The notes: a model not told the origin generated them from the sequence alone. 64,000 nucleotides of DNA from an uncultured Armatimonadetes bacterium (GCA_963716175.1 OY970296.1:3904001-3968000), one strand, 5' to 3'. Numbered from the stretch's first letter, positions 29,304 through 40,288 are shown. Translations and numbers: made by a program.

Positions 29304-30526
29304 GCAGCGCCGAGGAGAGGCGAGGGCGCCGCTTCGTGTTCTCGGTGCGGCAGCTCACGCACTACCTGAAGAGCCTGTTCGCCCAGGACAAGACCCTTCA
29401 AGAGGTCTGGGTGCGAGGCGAGATCGGGGACCTGACCAGGCACGGCTCCGGCCACTGGTACTTCACCCTCAAAGAGCAGCTCAGCCAGCTCAGGTGCGTG
29501 ATGTTCCGGGAGGAGGCGGAGGCTGTGCGCTTCGCGCCGACCGAGGGCATGACCGTGGTGGCCAACGGCACGGTCACCATCTATGAGGCGCGGGGACAGT
29601 ATCAACTGGTGGTGCGGGAGCTGGAGCAGGAGGGGGTGGGTGACCTCTACCTCGCCTTCGAGCGGCTCCGGAACAAGCTGGCGGCGGAGGGGCTGTTCGA
29701 GGAGAGCCGGAAGCGGCCGCTGCCCTCCTTTCCGCGCAGGATCGCTCTGCTCACCTCCCCGGACGGCGCGGCGGTACACGATCTGCTGACCACACTGCGT
29801 CATCGCTGGCCGGTCGCCGACGTGGTGCTGATCCCGACGCCGGTGAGCGGGCCCGGGTCGGCAGCCGGCATCGTTCGCTCCCTCCGGCTGCTGCACCAGC
29901 TGACGGGCGTGGGGGTGGCGATTCTAGCGCGAGGCGGAGGCTCCATGGAGGAGCTTTCGGGCTTCAACGCGGAGGAAGTGGCGCGCGCGATTATCGCCTC
30001 GCCGGTGCCGGTGGTCACGGGCATCGGGCACGAGACGGATTTCACCATCGCCGAGTTCGTGGCCGACCGAAGGGCGGCGACGCCCACTGCCGCGGCGGCC
30101 GCAGTCACACCCGACCGGCACGAGCTGCTGCGCCGGGTTCAGGGTTGGCGTCGGGTGCTGGCCGGGCGGCTGCAGGCTACGGTAGGCCGATACCGCCGCG
30201 AGCTAACGCTGGTGCGGGCGCGGCCGGTGCTGCGGATGCCGCGCCTGCTGCTGGGGCCGCGACGACAACGGCTGGACGACCTCCTGATCGCCGTGCCCCA
30301 GCTCATCGCGCGCCGCCTGGCGGAGACACGCCTGCGTTTGGAGGCCCTGCGGGAAAAGCTGCGCGCGCTCAGCCCGCGGGCAGTGCTGGCGAGAGGCTTC
30401 TCGATCACCAGGTTGCCTGGGGGCGCCATCGTGCGTTCCTCCCGACAGCTAGCCGCGGGAGGACAGGCGCAGGTGGTTTTCCACGAGGGGTCGGCGAAAG
30501 TAAGAGTAACAGAGGTCGAAGCCTAG
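29291..30526 (+). CDS. xseA: Exodeoxyribonuclease VII large subunit
   Basis: VWVRGEI, SGHWYFTLK, RGGGSMEEL, GIGHETD, ATPTAAA. Confidence 0.95.
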   Translation: MPGVSSAEERRGRRFVFSVRQLTHYLKSLFAQDKTLQEVWVRGEIGDLTRHGSGHWYFTLKEQLSQLRCVMFREEAEAVRFAPTEGMTVVANGTVTIYEARGQYQLVVRELEQEGVGDLYLAFERLRNKLAAEGLFEESRKRPLPSFPRRIALLTSPDGAAVHDLLTTLRHRWPVADVVLIPTPVSGPGSAAGIVRSLRLLHQLTGVGVAILARGGGSMEELSGFNAEEVARAIIASPVPVVTGIGHETDFTIAEFVADRRAATPTAAAAAVTPDRHELLRRVQGWRRVLAGRLQATVGRYRRELTLVRARPVLRMPRLLLGPRRQRLDDLLIAVPQLIARRLAETRLRLEALREKLRALSPRAVLARGFSITRLPGGAIVRSSRQLAAGGQAQVVFHEGSAKVRVTEVEA

Positions 30527-30560
30527 CGGGAGGCGGCGGGGGTGAAGTGAGGAGAAGAGG

Positions 30561-31967
30561 ATGCGCAGGTATGTAGTTGGCGGAATCTTGGCCCTGCTGT
30601 TCGCGACCGGCCTGGCCGGGGCGGCGGCAGCGGCGGGGACGCCGGCGGCGAAAGCAGAAGGAGTCGCGGAATTCCGGGCCGCCTGGGTGGCCTTCGCGGC
30701 CCCTGCGGCCGATCCCAAGCAGTCGCAGTCGCTGGAAGCGCGGCAAGCAGCGCGCCTGGCCGCCATCCCTCACATGGAAGCGGCGGTGGCAGCCGCTCCC
30801 AGAAACCCGGAGTACCAGGGGGATCTCACCTATATCTGCCTCACCGCCGGGCAGTATGAGAAGGCTCGCGCGGCCGTGAACCAGGCGATTGCGGTAAGAC
30901 GGAATGAGCCCCTGCTGTATCTGCTGCGGGGCCAGGCCGAAGCCGCGCTGGCTGAGATGGACCCGCCCACGGCCGGAGACAACATCGGGCCAGCTCTCAC
31001 CGCCTTCGACCGGGCGGCGCACCTGGACCACGCCAACTCGCTGCCCCTGCTCCAGGGGGCGAGCGTGGCTTTCGACGTGAACCGCCCCAAGCTGGCCCTG
31101 GCGAGAGTGAAGCGCGCACTGGAGCGGCGGGGCGCCAGGCTCTACGCCTTGTGGCTGCCGACGAACCTGGACCCGGATCGGGGGGCCTCGCTGCGGACCT
31201 GGCAGTACGTGCAGCTGGGGCACTGGTTCGAGCTGCTGGCTCGCTGCCGCAATGTGCACCGGTCCCTGTTGAAGCTGGGCACAGACGCAGAGCAGACGGA
31301 CGACCTGAAGCAGGCGGAGGAGCGGTTCCGGCAGGCGCTGGAGGTGGCCCGGCAGGTGGCCGCGATGCAGCCGAACCTGTTCATCACCGTGGCGACGGGT
31401 CTCGACTTGATGGAGGACGCGTACAGCGCGCTCTCCGGGTCCGCCGCTGAGAGCTTGATCGGCGCCGAGTTCGCCAGGCTGAACCAGCCGGGCGGGCCGC
31501 CGCAGCAGGCCTTGCCGGCATGGCCGGATAGGGCCAAGGCGGTGATCGAGGCCCAGTTCACGAAACAGAAGCTGACCGAAGCACAGGGCAAGCAGCTCTT
31601 CGCAGAGTGGCGAGGCATGGAGCCGGCACCATCGGGGTTGGACGACCCGCGGTGGGACCTGATCCTGCTGGCGAGCTACTATAGCTGGCTGCTGGCTCGG
31701 GAGGGAGCGCCGCGGACAGAGGAGGCCCAGAACCTGGAGCGCTGGCAGGGGGAAGCCGGAGTGGTACGCTTTGCCCGCAGCCAACTCGCGCCCTCCCTCC
31801 AAGCATATGTGCAAGAGATCACCAAGGGCCCGCCTCCCAAGATCCAGGAGCTGCTGGCGAAAGAGGCCGCCTATGTGGCTCCGGTCATCAAGGGTGTCGG
31901 ACTGAAGGCGCAGGAGGAGCCACCGACAGCAGCGGAGACGAAGCCAGTTGCTGTCGGCGGCCGCTAG
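30561..31967 (+). CDS. Exported TPR-like helical protein
   Basis: Signal peptide; TPR-like helices (GQYEKARAAVNQAI, AEERFRQALE). Confidence 0.75.
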   Translation: MRRYVVGGILALLFATGLAGAAAAAGTPAAKAEGVAEFRAAWVAFAAPAADPKQSQSLEARQAARLAAIPHMEAAVAAAPRNPEYQGDLTYICLTAGQYEKARAAVNQAIAVRRNEPLLYLLRGQAEAALAEMDPPTAGDNIGPALTAFDRAAHLDHANSLPLLQGASVAFDVNRPKLALARVKRALERRGARLYALWLPTNLDPDRGASLRTWQYVQLGHWFELLARCRNVHRSLLKLGTDAEQTDDLKQAEERFRQALEVARQVAAMQPNLFITVATGLDLMEDAYSALSGSAAESLIGAEFARLNQPGGPPQQALPAWPDRAKAVIEAQFTKQKLTEAQGKQLFAEWRGMEPAPSGLDDPRWDLILLASYYSWLLAREGAPRTEEAQNLERWQGEAGVVRFARSQLAPSLQAYVQEITKGPPPKIQELLAKEAAYVAPVIKGVGLKAQEEPPTAAETKPVAVGGR

Positions 31968-32026
31968 TGGGCTGAGATGACCCCGCCGCGCGGGCCGGGG
32001 GCGCAGCCTGATGGAGAGCAGAGCTA

Positions 32027-32305
32027 GTGAGCGGCAAGTCGAAGCGAGCGGATAAGGCCGAGGCATCGGGGCCCAGCTTCGAGCAGGCGCTGGCCCGCCT
32101 GGAGGAGATCGCGCACCAGCTGGAGGGCGGCGATCTGCCCCTGGAGGAAGCGATCGCTCTGGCCGAGGAAGGCATCAAGCTGTCTCAGCTCTGCGAGCAG
32201 CAGCTGACCGCCGCGGAGGGCAAGATTCAGCAACTGGTGGAGCGCATGGGCCGAGTGGAACTGGCGCCCCTGGAGACAGAGGGGGCGGAGGAAGAAGAGG
32301 GATAG
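32027..32305 (+). CDS. xseB: Exodeoxyribonuclease VII small subunit
   Basis: SFEQALARLEEI..LEGGDLPLEE. Confidence 0.93.
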   Translation: MSGKSKRADKAEASGPSFEQALARLEEIAHQLEGGDLPLEEAIALAEEGIKLSQLCEQQLTAAEGKIQQLVERMGRVELAPLETEGAEEEEG

Positions 32306-32312
32306 GCCACCG

Positions 32313-34199
32313 GTGGGCGGACTGCTAGATCAGATTGGCGGGCCCTCTGACCTGCACCAGTTGGGGCGGGAGCAGCTTGCACCCCTGGCCCAGGAGATCC
32401 GGGAGCGCATGATCGCCACCGTCTCCCGGACTGGCGGGCACCTGGCGGCCAGCCTGGGCGCGGTGGAGCTGGCGATCGCGCTGCACTACGTGTTCGAGAG
32501 CCCCAGGGACAAGATCATCTGGGATGTGGGCCATCAGGCCTACGCCCACAAGCTGCTGACTGGGCGAAGGGATCGCTTCGACACCCTGCGGCAGGCCGGC
32601 GGCATCTCGGGCTTTCCCCGGCGGCGGGAGAGCGACCACGATGCTTTCGACACCGGGCATGGCAGCACCGCCATCGCCGCGGGTCTGGGGATGGCCAAAG
32701 CGCGCGATCTGGTGGGAGAGAGCCACGCGGTGGTAGCGGTGGTGGGCGATGGCGCCATGTCGGGTGGGATGTCGTTCGAGGGACTCAACTACGCCGGCCA
32801 CTTGGGGACGCCGCTGATCGTGATCCTCAACGACAACCAGATGTCCATCTCCCGCAATGTCGGCGCGCTGGCTGGCTACCTGAGCAAAGTGAGGCTGGAC
32901 CCCTACTACCTGCGGGCGAAGTCGGACTTCGAGGTGATGGTGTCCCGGCTGCCCCTGGGTGAGAGCCTGATTGACGCGGTGGAGCGGTTCAAGGGCGGGA
33001 TCAAGCAGCTGCTGCTGCCAGGCATGCTCTTCGAGGAGCTTGGCTTCACCTATCTGGGCCCCATTGACGGACACAACCTCTCCGCCCTGATCGAGACCAT
33101 CAAGCAAGCGCGCTCTCTCTCCTGCCCGGTGCTGATCCACATTCTCACTCAGAAGGGCCGGGGCTACGTGCATGCCGAGAATGATGCCACCAAGTGGCAC
33201 CGCACCGGGGCCTTCGACATAGACACTGGTGAGCCGCTGAGCGTGTCGAGCGGCCTGTCTTTCACTCGGGTGTTCGGCCGCACTATGGTGCAGCTCGCCG
33301 AGCGGGACCGCCGTATCGTCGCCATCACCGCGGCGATGAAAGAAGGCACCGGGCTGCAGGAGTTCGCCGAGCGCTTCCCGCAGCGGTTCTTCGATGTGGG
33401 CATGACGGAGCAGACGGCGGTGACCTTCGCCGCCGGGTTGGCGGCGCAAGGCCTGCGCCCGGTGGCCGCCATCTACTCCACTTTCCTGCAGCGCTCCTAT
33501 GACCAGATCGTGCACGATGTGGCTCTGCCTCACCTGCCGGTGGTGCTGGCGCTGGACCGGGCCGGGCTGGTGGGCGAAGACGGCCCCACTCACCACGGAG
33601 CCTTCGACCTGTCTTATCTGCGCCACATTCCGGGGATGGCGGTGATGGCGCCCAAGGACCTGCATGAGCTGGCGGCGATGCTCGCCACCGCCATCGCGCT
33701 CGACCAGCCGGCGGCGATCCGCTACCCCAGAGGGGAGGGTGCGAACCCACCGCACCAGATCCCGGATGCGCTCCCCCTGGGGAAGGGCGAGACGCTGCGA
33801 GCGGGAGACGCGGTGGCCGTGATCGCGATAGGTGCCATGGTGGGCGCGGCGGTGAGCGCGGCCGAACTGCTGGCCGAGGAAGGCATCGAGGCGGCGGTGG
33901 CCAACGCGCGCTTTGTGAAGCCGCTGGACCAGGAGCTGATCTGTGAGCTGGCGCGCGGGTGTGGGCTGGTGGTGACGGTGGAGGAGAACTGCGCGGCCGG
34001 GGGATTCGGGAGCGCGGTGGGCGAACTGCTCTACCAGCAGGATGTGCGCGTGCCCCTGCTCTGCCTGGGTCTTCCCGATGAGTTCGTCGAGCACGGGAGC
34101 CGGGAAGTGCTGCTCGCCAGCGTAGGCCTGGATCCGAGGAGCATCGCGGACAGAATCGCGGCCTTCGTGAAGCGCGGAGCGCGGACTCTCAGGTCGTAG
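32313..34199 (+). CDS. dxs: 1-deoxy-D-xylulose-5-phosphate synthase
   Basis: GGHL, WDVGHQ, GDGA...NDN, YSTFLQR, DRAG, DGPTH. Confidence 0.97.
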   Translation: MGGLLDQIGGPSDLHQLGREQLAPLAQEIRERMIATVSRTGGHLAASLGAVELAIALHYVFESPRDKIIWDVGHQAYAHKLLTGRRDRFDTLRQAGGISGFPRRRESDHDAFDTGHGSTAIAAGLGMAKARDLVGESHAVVAVVGDGAMSGGMSFEGLNYAGHLGTPLIVILNDNQMSISRNVGALAGYLSKVRLDPYYLRAKSDFEVMVSRLPLGESLIDAVERFKGGIKQLLLPGMLFEELGFTYLGPIDGHNLSALIETIKQARSLSCPVLIHILTQKGRGYVHAENDATKWHRTGAFDIDTGEPLSVSSGLSFTRVFGRTMVQLAERDRRIVAITAAMKEGTGLQEFAERFPQRFFDVGMTEQTAVTFAAGLAAQGLRPVAAIYSTFLQRSYDQIVHDVALPHLPVVLALDRAGLVGEDGPTHHGAFDLSYLRHIPGMAVMAPKDLHELAAMLATAIALDQPAAIRYPRGEGANPPHQIPDALPLGKGETLRAGDAVAVIAIGAMVGAAVSAAELLAEEGIEAAVANARFVKPLDQELICELARGCGLVVTVEENCAAGGFGSAVGELLYQQDVRVPLLCLGLPDEFVEHGSREVLLASVGLDPRSIADRIAAFVKRGARTLRS

Positions 34200-34282
34200 C
34201 GCGGCCCGAGGCGTAACAGGTAGGGCAGGTCCCCCTAGGCCGCTTGCAGCGGGCGCGAGCACGCCTGCCGACAGCAGACCCC

Positions 34283-35395
34283 ATGAGGCGGATCACTCGC
34301 ATCTGGATCGTGCTTCTGGCGCTGCTCTTGGTGGCCCTGGCGCGCCGCCCGGCCTCTCCGCCCCAGCGCGAGCCGGAGCCGCCGCGGGTGCTCCCCAGCA
34401 TTCTGCTAACAGGGGACCTCCTGCTGGCCGATCGGGTCGGTCGGATGATCGAGCGCGAGGGTCCCCGGGCGCCACTAGCCGCCGTCCGCGAGACGCTGGC
34501 CGGCGCCGCGCTGACCATCGGTAACCTGGAATGCCCGCTCGCCACCACTGGCGAGCCGGCAAGCAAAGAATACGCCTTCCGGGGGCGGCCGGAGGCGGCC
34601 GACGCACTCCGCGAGGCCGGCTACGATATGATCGCATTGGCGAACAACCACACCATGGACTACGGCCCTGGGGCGCTGCTGGAGACGCTCGCGGCCCTGC
34701 GGGAACGCGGCCTGCATCCCATCGGGGCGGGGCGAGACGCGGAGGAGGCGCGGCGCTTCGCCGTGGTCGAGCTCGGATCGCCACCCATGAAGGTCGCCGT
34801 GCTCGCGTTCTCGAACATGCTGCCGACCAGCTTCTACGCTGGCCCGGGCCGGCCGGGAACCAACCCGGCACGCGGGGAGGCTATCCGCGCGCAGGTGGCT
34901 GCCGCCCGCGGTCAGGCCGAGCTGGTGATCGTGCTCTTCCACTGGGGAGATGAGCTATCTCCCGAGCCCTCCGCTAGCCAGCGCTATCTGGCTGGGCTAG
35001 CGGTAGCAGCGGGAGCGGATCTGGTGGTGGGCCATCATCCTCATGTGCTGCAGGGGTTGGAGCGGCGGGGGCAGGCACTGATCGCCTACAGCCTGGGCAA
35101 CTTCCTCTTCCCCAGCCGCGGCTCGGCGCGCCACACCATCATGCTGCGCTACTCGCCAGGGCGGGACGGCTCGGCGCGCGCGGAAGTGATCCCCTGCGTG
35201 ATCGAGGGATTCCGGCCGCGCCTGGCATCAGGGGAGGAGCGGGAGCAGATACTGGCCGAGCTGGGGGCCCGGTCGGAGCCGATGGGAACCAAGATCGGGC
35301 GCGACGGCAGCATTGACCTTTCCTCGGGGCCGACGATAGGCGACAAGGGGGAGAGGCGCCCAGACTTGGTTGACAAGGCCGGCCGGCCCCCGTAG
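34283..35395 (+). CDS. CapA family metallophosphoesterase, membrane anchored
   Basis: TGD, GNLE, LANNHTMDYG, HWG, GHHPH, YSLGNF. Confidence 0.9.
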   Translation: MRRITRIWIVLLALLLVALARRPASPPQREPEPPRVLPSILLTGDLLLADRVGRMIEREGPRAPLAAVRETLAGAALTIGNLECPLATTGEPASKEYAFRGRPEAADALREAGYDMIALANNHTMDYGPGALLETLAALRERGLHPIGAGRDAEEARRFAVVELGSPPMKVAVLAFSNMLPTSFYAGPGRPGTNPARGEAIRAQVAAARGQAELVIVLFHWGDELSPEPSASQRYLAGLAVAAGADLVVGHHPHVLQGLERRGQALIAYSLGNFLFPSRGSARHTIMLRYSPGRDGSARAEVIPCVIEGFRPRLASGEEREQILAELGARSEPMGTKIGRDGSIDLSSGPTIGDKGERRPDLVDKAGRPP

Positions 35396-35398
35396 AAT
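35370..35398 (+). promoter_or_regulatory. Near-consensus sigma70 promoter for the FHA-mraY-like unit
   Basis: TTGACA-17-TAGAAT. Confidence 0.75.
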
Positions 35399-35416
35399 CT
35401 AGCCGGGGGATAGGGA

Positions 35417-35875
35417 ATGCCTCGCTGCCCGCGCTGCGACCAAGATACGGATGAAGAGAGCCGCTTCTGCAAGCACTGCGGCTACCCCACGCATGCTGCC
35501 ACCCAGGCCCTCGACGCGGATGACGACACCCTGATTTTGCGTCTCTTCGACGAGAGGCCAGAGGAAGCGCTAGCCAGGCGGGCGAGGATCTGGCTAATAG
35601 CTCAGGATGGCGAGCACGTGGCGCACACTTCCGAACTGCGGGATCAGGTCACGGTCATCGGCCGCCAGCCCGACTGCGCCATCTCGCTGCCGAGCAGCAC
35701 GGTGTCGCGGCGTCACGCCCAGATCCGCCAGGAGGGGAGCCGGTTCTTCCTGAGTGATCTGAGCAGCACCAATGGCACGCTGCTGAACCGAGAGCCGGTG
35801 ATCGGAGAAGAGCTGCTCCACGACCGGGACGAGATCGGGATCGGCATCTACCGGCTGATCTTCCGTTATTCTTAG
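35417..35875 (+). CDS. Zinc-ribbon + FHA domain protein
   Basis: CPRC..FCKHCG; FHA motifs IGR, VSRRHA, SSTNGT. Confidence 0.92.
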   Translation: MPRCPRCDQDTDEESRFCKHCGYPTHAATQALDADDDTLILRLFDERPEEALARRARIWLIAQDGEHVAHTSELRDQVTVIGRQPDCAISLPSSTVSRRHAQIRQEGSRFFLSDLSSTNGTLLNREPVIGEELLHDRDEIGIGIYRLIFRYS

Positions 35876-35893
35876 CCCACCAAAGAAGCCGCC

Positions 35894-38840
35894 ATGGGCC
35901 AGTTGCTGGTCGTATTCTGCGTCGCCCTCGCGCTCGGGATCGCACTCTCCCGGACCTTTCGCCGCAGCCTGTTCTGGCTGACCTCAAGGGAGCGAAAGGT
36001 CGGCAAGGAGAGAATCCATCGCCTTTTCCCAAAGCCCCACCGGCCGCTGGGCGGCGGCCTGGCGATCATGCTGTCCGCCAGTATCGCCCTGCTGGTCGTG
36101 CCCCGCTTCTGGCATAACGCCCCGGGAACAACCGCGCTCTGGACGCTGGCGCTGGCCTGGGCCTTCGCCCTGATCGGGCTGGCGGATGACCTGAAGAAGA
36201 CCGCGGGCCGCGGTATGCATGAGCGACCCAAGTTCGCGCTGCAGGCGGCTGCGGCCTTGGCCTTTGGTGTGGCGCTATGGCGGTGGGGCGGCCCGCCCCC
36301 GGTGAACGTGCCCTTCGCGGCGCGCCCGGTCGAGTTTGGCCTGCTCTATGGCCCGTTTGTGGCGGTGGTGATCCTGGCGACCGCGAACGCGGTCAACCTC
36401 TCCGACGGAGTTGACGGGCTGGCCGGGGGCGCGGCGATGATCGCCCTGCTGGGGTTGGCGGGGGTGGGGCTGCTCGATCCCCAGCATGCCGTGGGATGGG
36501 TGTGCTGGCCCTTGATCGGGGCCATCGCTGGGTTCCTGGTCTACAACCTTCCGCCTGCTCGCCTCTTGATGGGGGACACCGGGGCGCTGGGCATAGGCGC
36601 GGCACTGGCGGCGCTGGGCATCTTCGCCGGCGTCGAGTTCTGGCTCTTGCTGCTGGCGGCCCCCTTCGTGGTGAACGCGGCCTCCGTGCTGGTGCAGATG
36701 GGCACAGTGCGCGGGCTGTGGCGGCTGGTGCGGCCGCTTCGCCACCGGAGCACGGAGACCGGACGGCCTTTCCTCTGCACCCCCCTGCACCACCACTTCC
36801 AGTGGCTGGGCTGGAATGACTGGCGGGTGCTGGCGCTGTTCTGGGGCCTGGGTGCGGTGATGTCGGCGTGGGCACTGCTCTCCCTCTGGTCCGGTCTGCT
36901 CTGGCTGATCGGGCTGCTCGGGCTGGCCGCTTTCCTGGTGGCGGCTGGGTTGCAGAAGCAGGTGCGGGCGAACTACTTCCTGGGATTGCTGCCCAGGCCT
37001 GCCGAGTCGTCGCTGCTGGTGCTCTATCGCGGCCTGCCGGTATCGGTGCTGGGCTGGCCGCTGTACCGGGTGCACTACGAGACCTCTATCACCGAGCAGA
37101 TGCTGGGCGGCGCTACCGCGGAGAGCATGCTCTGGCGGCCCATCACCGAAGTGGAGGCGCATGTGGTGCTGGGCAAAATCTACGCCGACCAGAAACTGCT
37201 CGAGCAGGCCCTGGCGGAGTGGGAGCAAGTGCCTACTCGCAATCTCCTGATCCGACCCAGTGTGATGCTGCGGCTGGCGCGAATCTACTACGGGCGGGAC
37301 CGGCTGCTGGAGGCGATCAAGCTCTGGGAGCAACTGCCACCCTCTCGCCTGGAGGAGATGCCGAACGTGCGGGAGGTGGTGCGAAGCGCGAAGCTCAGGC
37401 TGGCGGACCTGGCGAGCAAGGCCCACCGCCAGAGCATGCGGGCGACGGCCGCGGCGGGGCGCACGGGGGAAGACCCGGGGCGAATGGAGGGCTATCTGCT
37501 GGCCGCCCGCCGGCTCAACCAGGACCTGCTCTCTCTGCTGCTGTACGAGCGGGATAAGCTGAGAGGGCAGGCCGCCGACCCGCAGGCGGCGCGGGCCCGG
37601 CGGGAGCTGCTGCGGCGGACCCGCAACGCGGTATTAGCGCGAATGCGCGAGCTGGACGAATCCCTGGGAGAGCTGGCGCGGACCGTGCCCATGCCGCGCG
37701 CCGGAGCAACTGGCGCCGCCGGCCGACCCGGCCGAGCGGGCGGCCCAGGAGCTTCATCTCCCCCTGGAGGAGCTGACGCGGCTGATTGCGCCGGCAGGCC
37801 GGGGAGAGCCCGAGATCACCGGCGCCGCGGTGCACCCCAAGGCCTCTCGCAACAGCATCTTCCGCCTCCAGGTGAACTGGTCGGGGGCCGGGCCCGCGAG
37901 CGTGATCGCGAAGCGCTATGCTGCGGACCGCATCGCCTTCTTCTCCGCCTGCTACGGGCGGGAGAGAGGGGTGCTGGAGCTGCTCCACAGCTACGGAGGC
38001 GCGGTGCCCCAGGTCTACAGCGGTGAGCTGATGGCGGACCAGGCGATCCTGGTGATGCAGGACCTGGGAGACGAGACCCTGGCGGAACGGCTGGAGGTCT
38101 CCGAGGCGCCGGCGAAAGAGCAGTGGCTATACTCGGCAGTGATGGCGCTGGTGAACCTTCACGCCACCGCTCGCGCCCACCTGCGAGAGATCACCGCAGA
38201 GATTCAGAAGATTGACAAAGAGATGCTCGGCGGTGACTACTACTTCAACGCCCTGCACATCGCGCTGGACCGCATCGCCGCGCTGGGCGATAACGCGATC
38301 TCCGACTCGGAGTGGGACCGGATCGCGGAACAGGCTCGGCCCCTGGTTGATTTTCTATGTGACCGCCCGGCGGGATTCGTCCACTTCGAGTTCACCCCTC
38401 ACCACCTGCTGGTTACCGATGCTGGCCTGCGCATCTTCGATTTCGAGCAGGCTACGATCGGCCCGGCCGAGTTCGATCTGGCGGCCCTCCTCGCCCAACC
38501 CGAGAGCGATGTAGGGGCCGAGGGCTGGGAGAGTCTGGTTCGGCACTACGGTGCGGCGGCAGCGGAGGCCGGGCTGCCCGGGAGTGGGCCCGACCAGGCG
38601 CCGCGCGCGGTGGCCTATGCCGCCGCGTTCAAGTGCCTGGTCTACGCCGGCGCCGCGGCCAACTTCCTGGACAAGTTCGGAGGAGAGCATCATCTCCAGC
38701 GGTTCCACTACTACCTCCAGCGATGCCAGGCGATCATGAGCCGCTGGCCGCCTCTGCGACCGCTCGGGCGGTTGCTGGCCCCGCGGCTGCGGGCGGCGCG
38801 AGGCGCCACGCCGCGGTTGCGCACGGGTCGGCCCGCGTGA
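35894..38840 (+). CDS. MraY-like PNPT + TPR/helical + APH/AmgK-like phosphotransferase fusion (about 980 aa; frameshift near 37695)
   Basis: MraY motifs LADD, NAVNLSDGVDGLA, MGDTG, PLHHHF. The frame of ORF 37830-38840 stays open with coding-like codons back to about 37695; adding CG to CCGCGCGCC joins the two. Confidence 0.75.
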
Positions 38841-38902
38841 CGTGGGCCTCGCCACTGGCATGTTCATCCGGCACGAACCAAAAGGCCCGCGCCGGGGCTG
38901 CG

Positions 38903-38932
38903 TTGACGTCAGCTTGGCCGGACGGCTATAAT
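38903..38932 (+). promoter_or_regulatory. Putative sigma70 promoter
   Basis: TTGACG-18-TATAAT. Confidence 0.65.
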
Positions 38933-38971
38933 GGCGGGAGTGGGGAGAACACGGGGAGGGAGGGTCGCTGA

Positions 38972-40288
38972 GTGCGCGGGTTCTACGGGATCCTGCTGAT
39001 CATCGCGCTGGTTGCAGTCAGCGGCCTGATCGCCTATGTGGGCGACATTCTGGGGCGGCGCATGGGCCGCAAACGCCTCAGCCTGTTCGGGATGCGGCCC
39101 CGCCACACCGCCATCGCCATCTCGGTGGTGGCCGGGATGCTGATCACCCTGTTCACACTCACGGTGGCGATGCTGCTCTCCCGGGACGTGAAAGACGGCT
39201 TCCTGCGGGTCGAGTACATGCGGCGGCGGCAGGTCGAGCTGTCGCTCCAGCTCGATGTCTTGAACCGCCGCATAGCTGATCTCGACCGCGCAGGAAAGGC
39301 CGCCGAGGGCCAGCTGGTCGCGCGCAAGGCCGAGCTGGAGAGCGCCAAGCGGCAGCGAGACCAGACCTGGGCAGAGCTTCAGCAGTGGAAGCGGGAGCTG
39401 GCGAAGACCAAGAGTGATCTGGCCAAGGCCAAGGCCGACCTGGCCGAGGCGCTGCGGACAGAGAAGACCATGCACGGTGTGATCACCCGGCTGTCGAAGA
39501 CCCAGTTCGGTCTGCAGAGCCAGATTGACCTGCTGAGGACCACGGCCGCACGCGCCGCGCGGGAGTATGCGCTGGAGCGCGCGGTGCCCATCCTGTTCGG
39601 CGCGGGGCAGCCGCTGGACGTGGAGTTGGTCTCGGGCGGACAGCCGGTGGCGGCCGCGCACCGGCAGCTCGATGGCTTCGTGGCTCGCCTCAATAGCAAA
39701 GTGGCCGCGGCCGGCGCGCGTCCCCTGGCTGGCAGCAAAGAGGCGGTGATCATCCACAAGGCAGTGCGGGACCCTAAGTCCGACCAGCTCACGGTGGCCC
39801 GATCCTACCAGGTGCTCGACGCGGTCGCCACCCTCATCCATGAGAGCAGCGGGGATGTGATCGTGCGCGCCTTCTCGGTGTTCAACACCCACGCCGGGGA
39901 GCCGGTGTACGTTGACTTCGAGCTGTTCCGCAATCTGCTGGTCTTTCGTCGCGGACAGACGCTGGCGGAGACGGTGATAGACGGCCGCCTCTCCGAGCCG
40001 GCGCTGATGGGCGCGCTGGTGAGCCTGCTGCGGGACCAGGTGGGCGCCAAGGCCAGGGCCCAGAACGTGATGCCGCACCTGGGCCCGGGCGCCTCCAATC
40101 TGTTCGGGTCCGCCGGCGGAGCGGTGGGAGAGATGACCTACGAGGACCTGTTCCGCGTGATCGAGAGGCTGCGCCGCGCGGATGGGCCGGCCCGGGTGAG
40201 CGCAATCGCAGCCCAGGACACCTGGACCATCGGGCCCCTGAAGGTAGACCTGCGAGTCGAGCCGGTCACGGCTGCGGCCACACCGTGA
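38972..40288 (+). CDS. DUF3084 domain membrane coiled-coil protein
   Basis: GLIAYVGD.LGR..G.KRLSLFGMRPRHTA. Confidence 0.88.
   Translation: MRGFYGILLIIALVAVSGLIAYVGDILGRRMGRKRLSLFGMRPRHTAIAISVVAGMLITLFTLTVAMLLSRDVKDGFLRVEYMRRRQVELSLQLDVLNRRIADLDRAGKAAEGQLVARKAELESAKRQRDQTWAELQQWKRELAKTKSDLAKAKADLAEALRTEKTMHGVITRLSKTQFGLQSQIDLLRTTAARAAREYALERAVPILFGAGQPLDVELVSGGQPVAAAHRQLDGFVARLNSKVAAAGARPLAGSKEAVIIHKAVRDPKSDQLTVARSYQVLDAVATLIHESSGDVIVRAFSVFNTHAGEPVYVDFELFRNLLVFRRGQTLAETVIDGRLSEPALMGALVSLLRDQVGAKARAQNVMPHLGPGASNLFGSAGGAVGEMTYEDLFRVIERLRRADGPARVSAIAAQDTWTIGPLKVDLRVEPVTAAATP

Noticed and set aside
32325-34262. 645-aa antisense ORF, and similar ones opposite accC, pcrA and the kinase genes
   Set aside because: Shadow ORFs opposite well-conserved genes; expected from high-GC codon bias.
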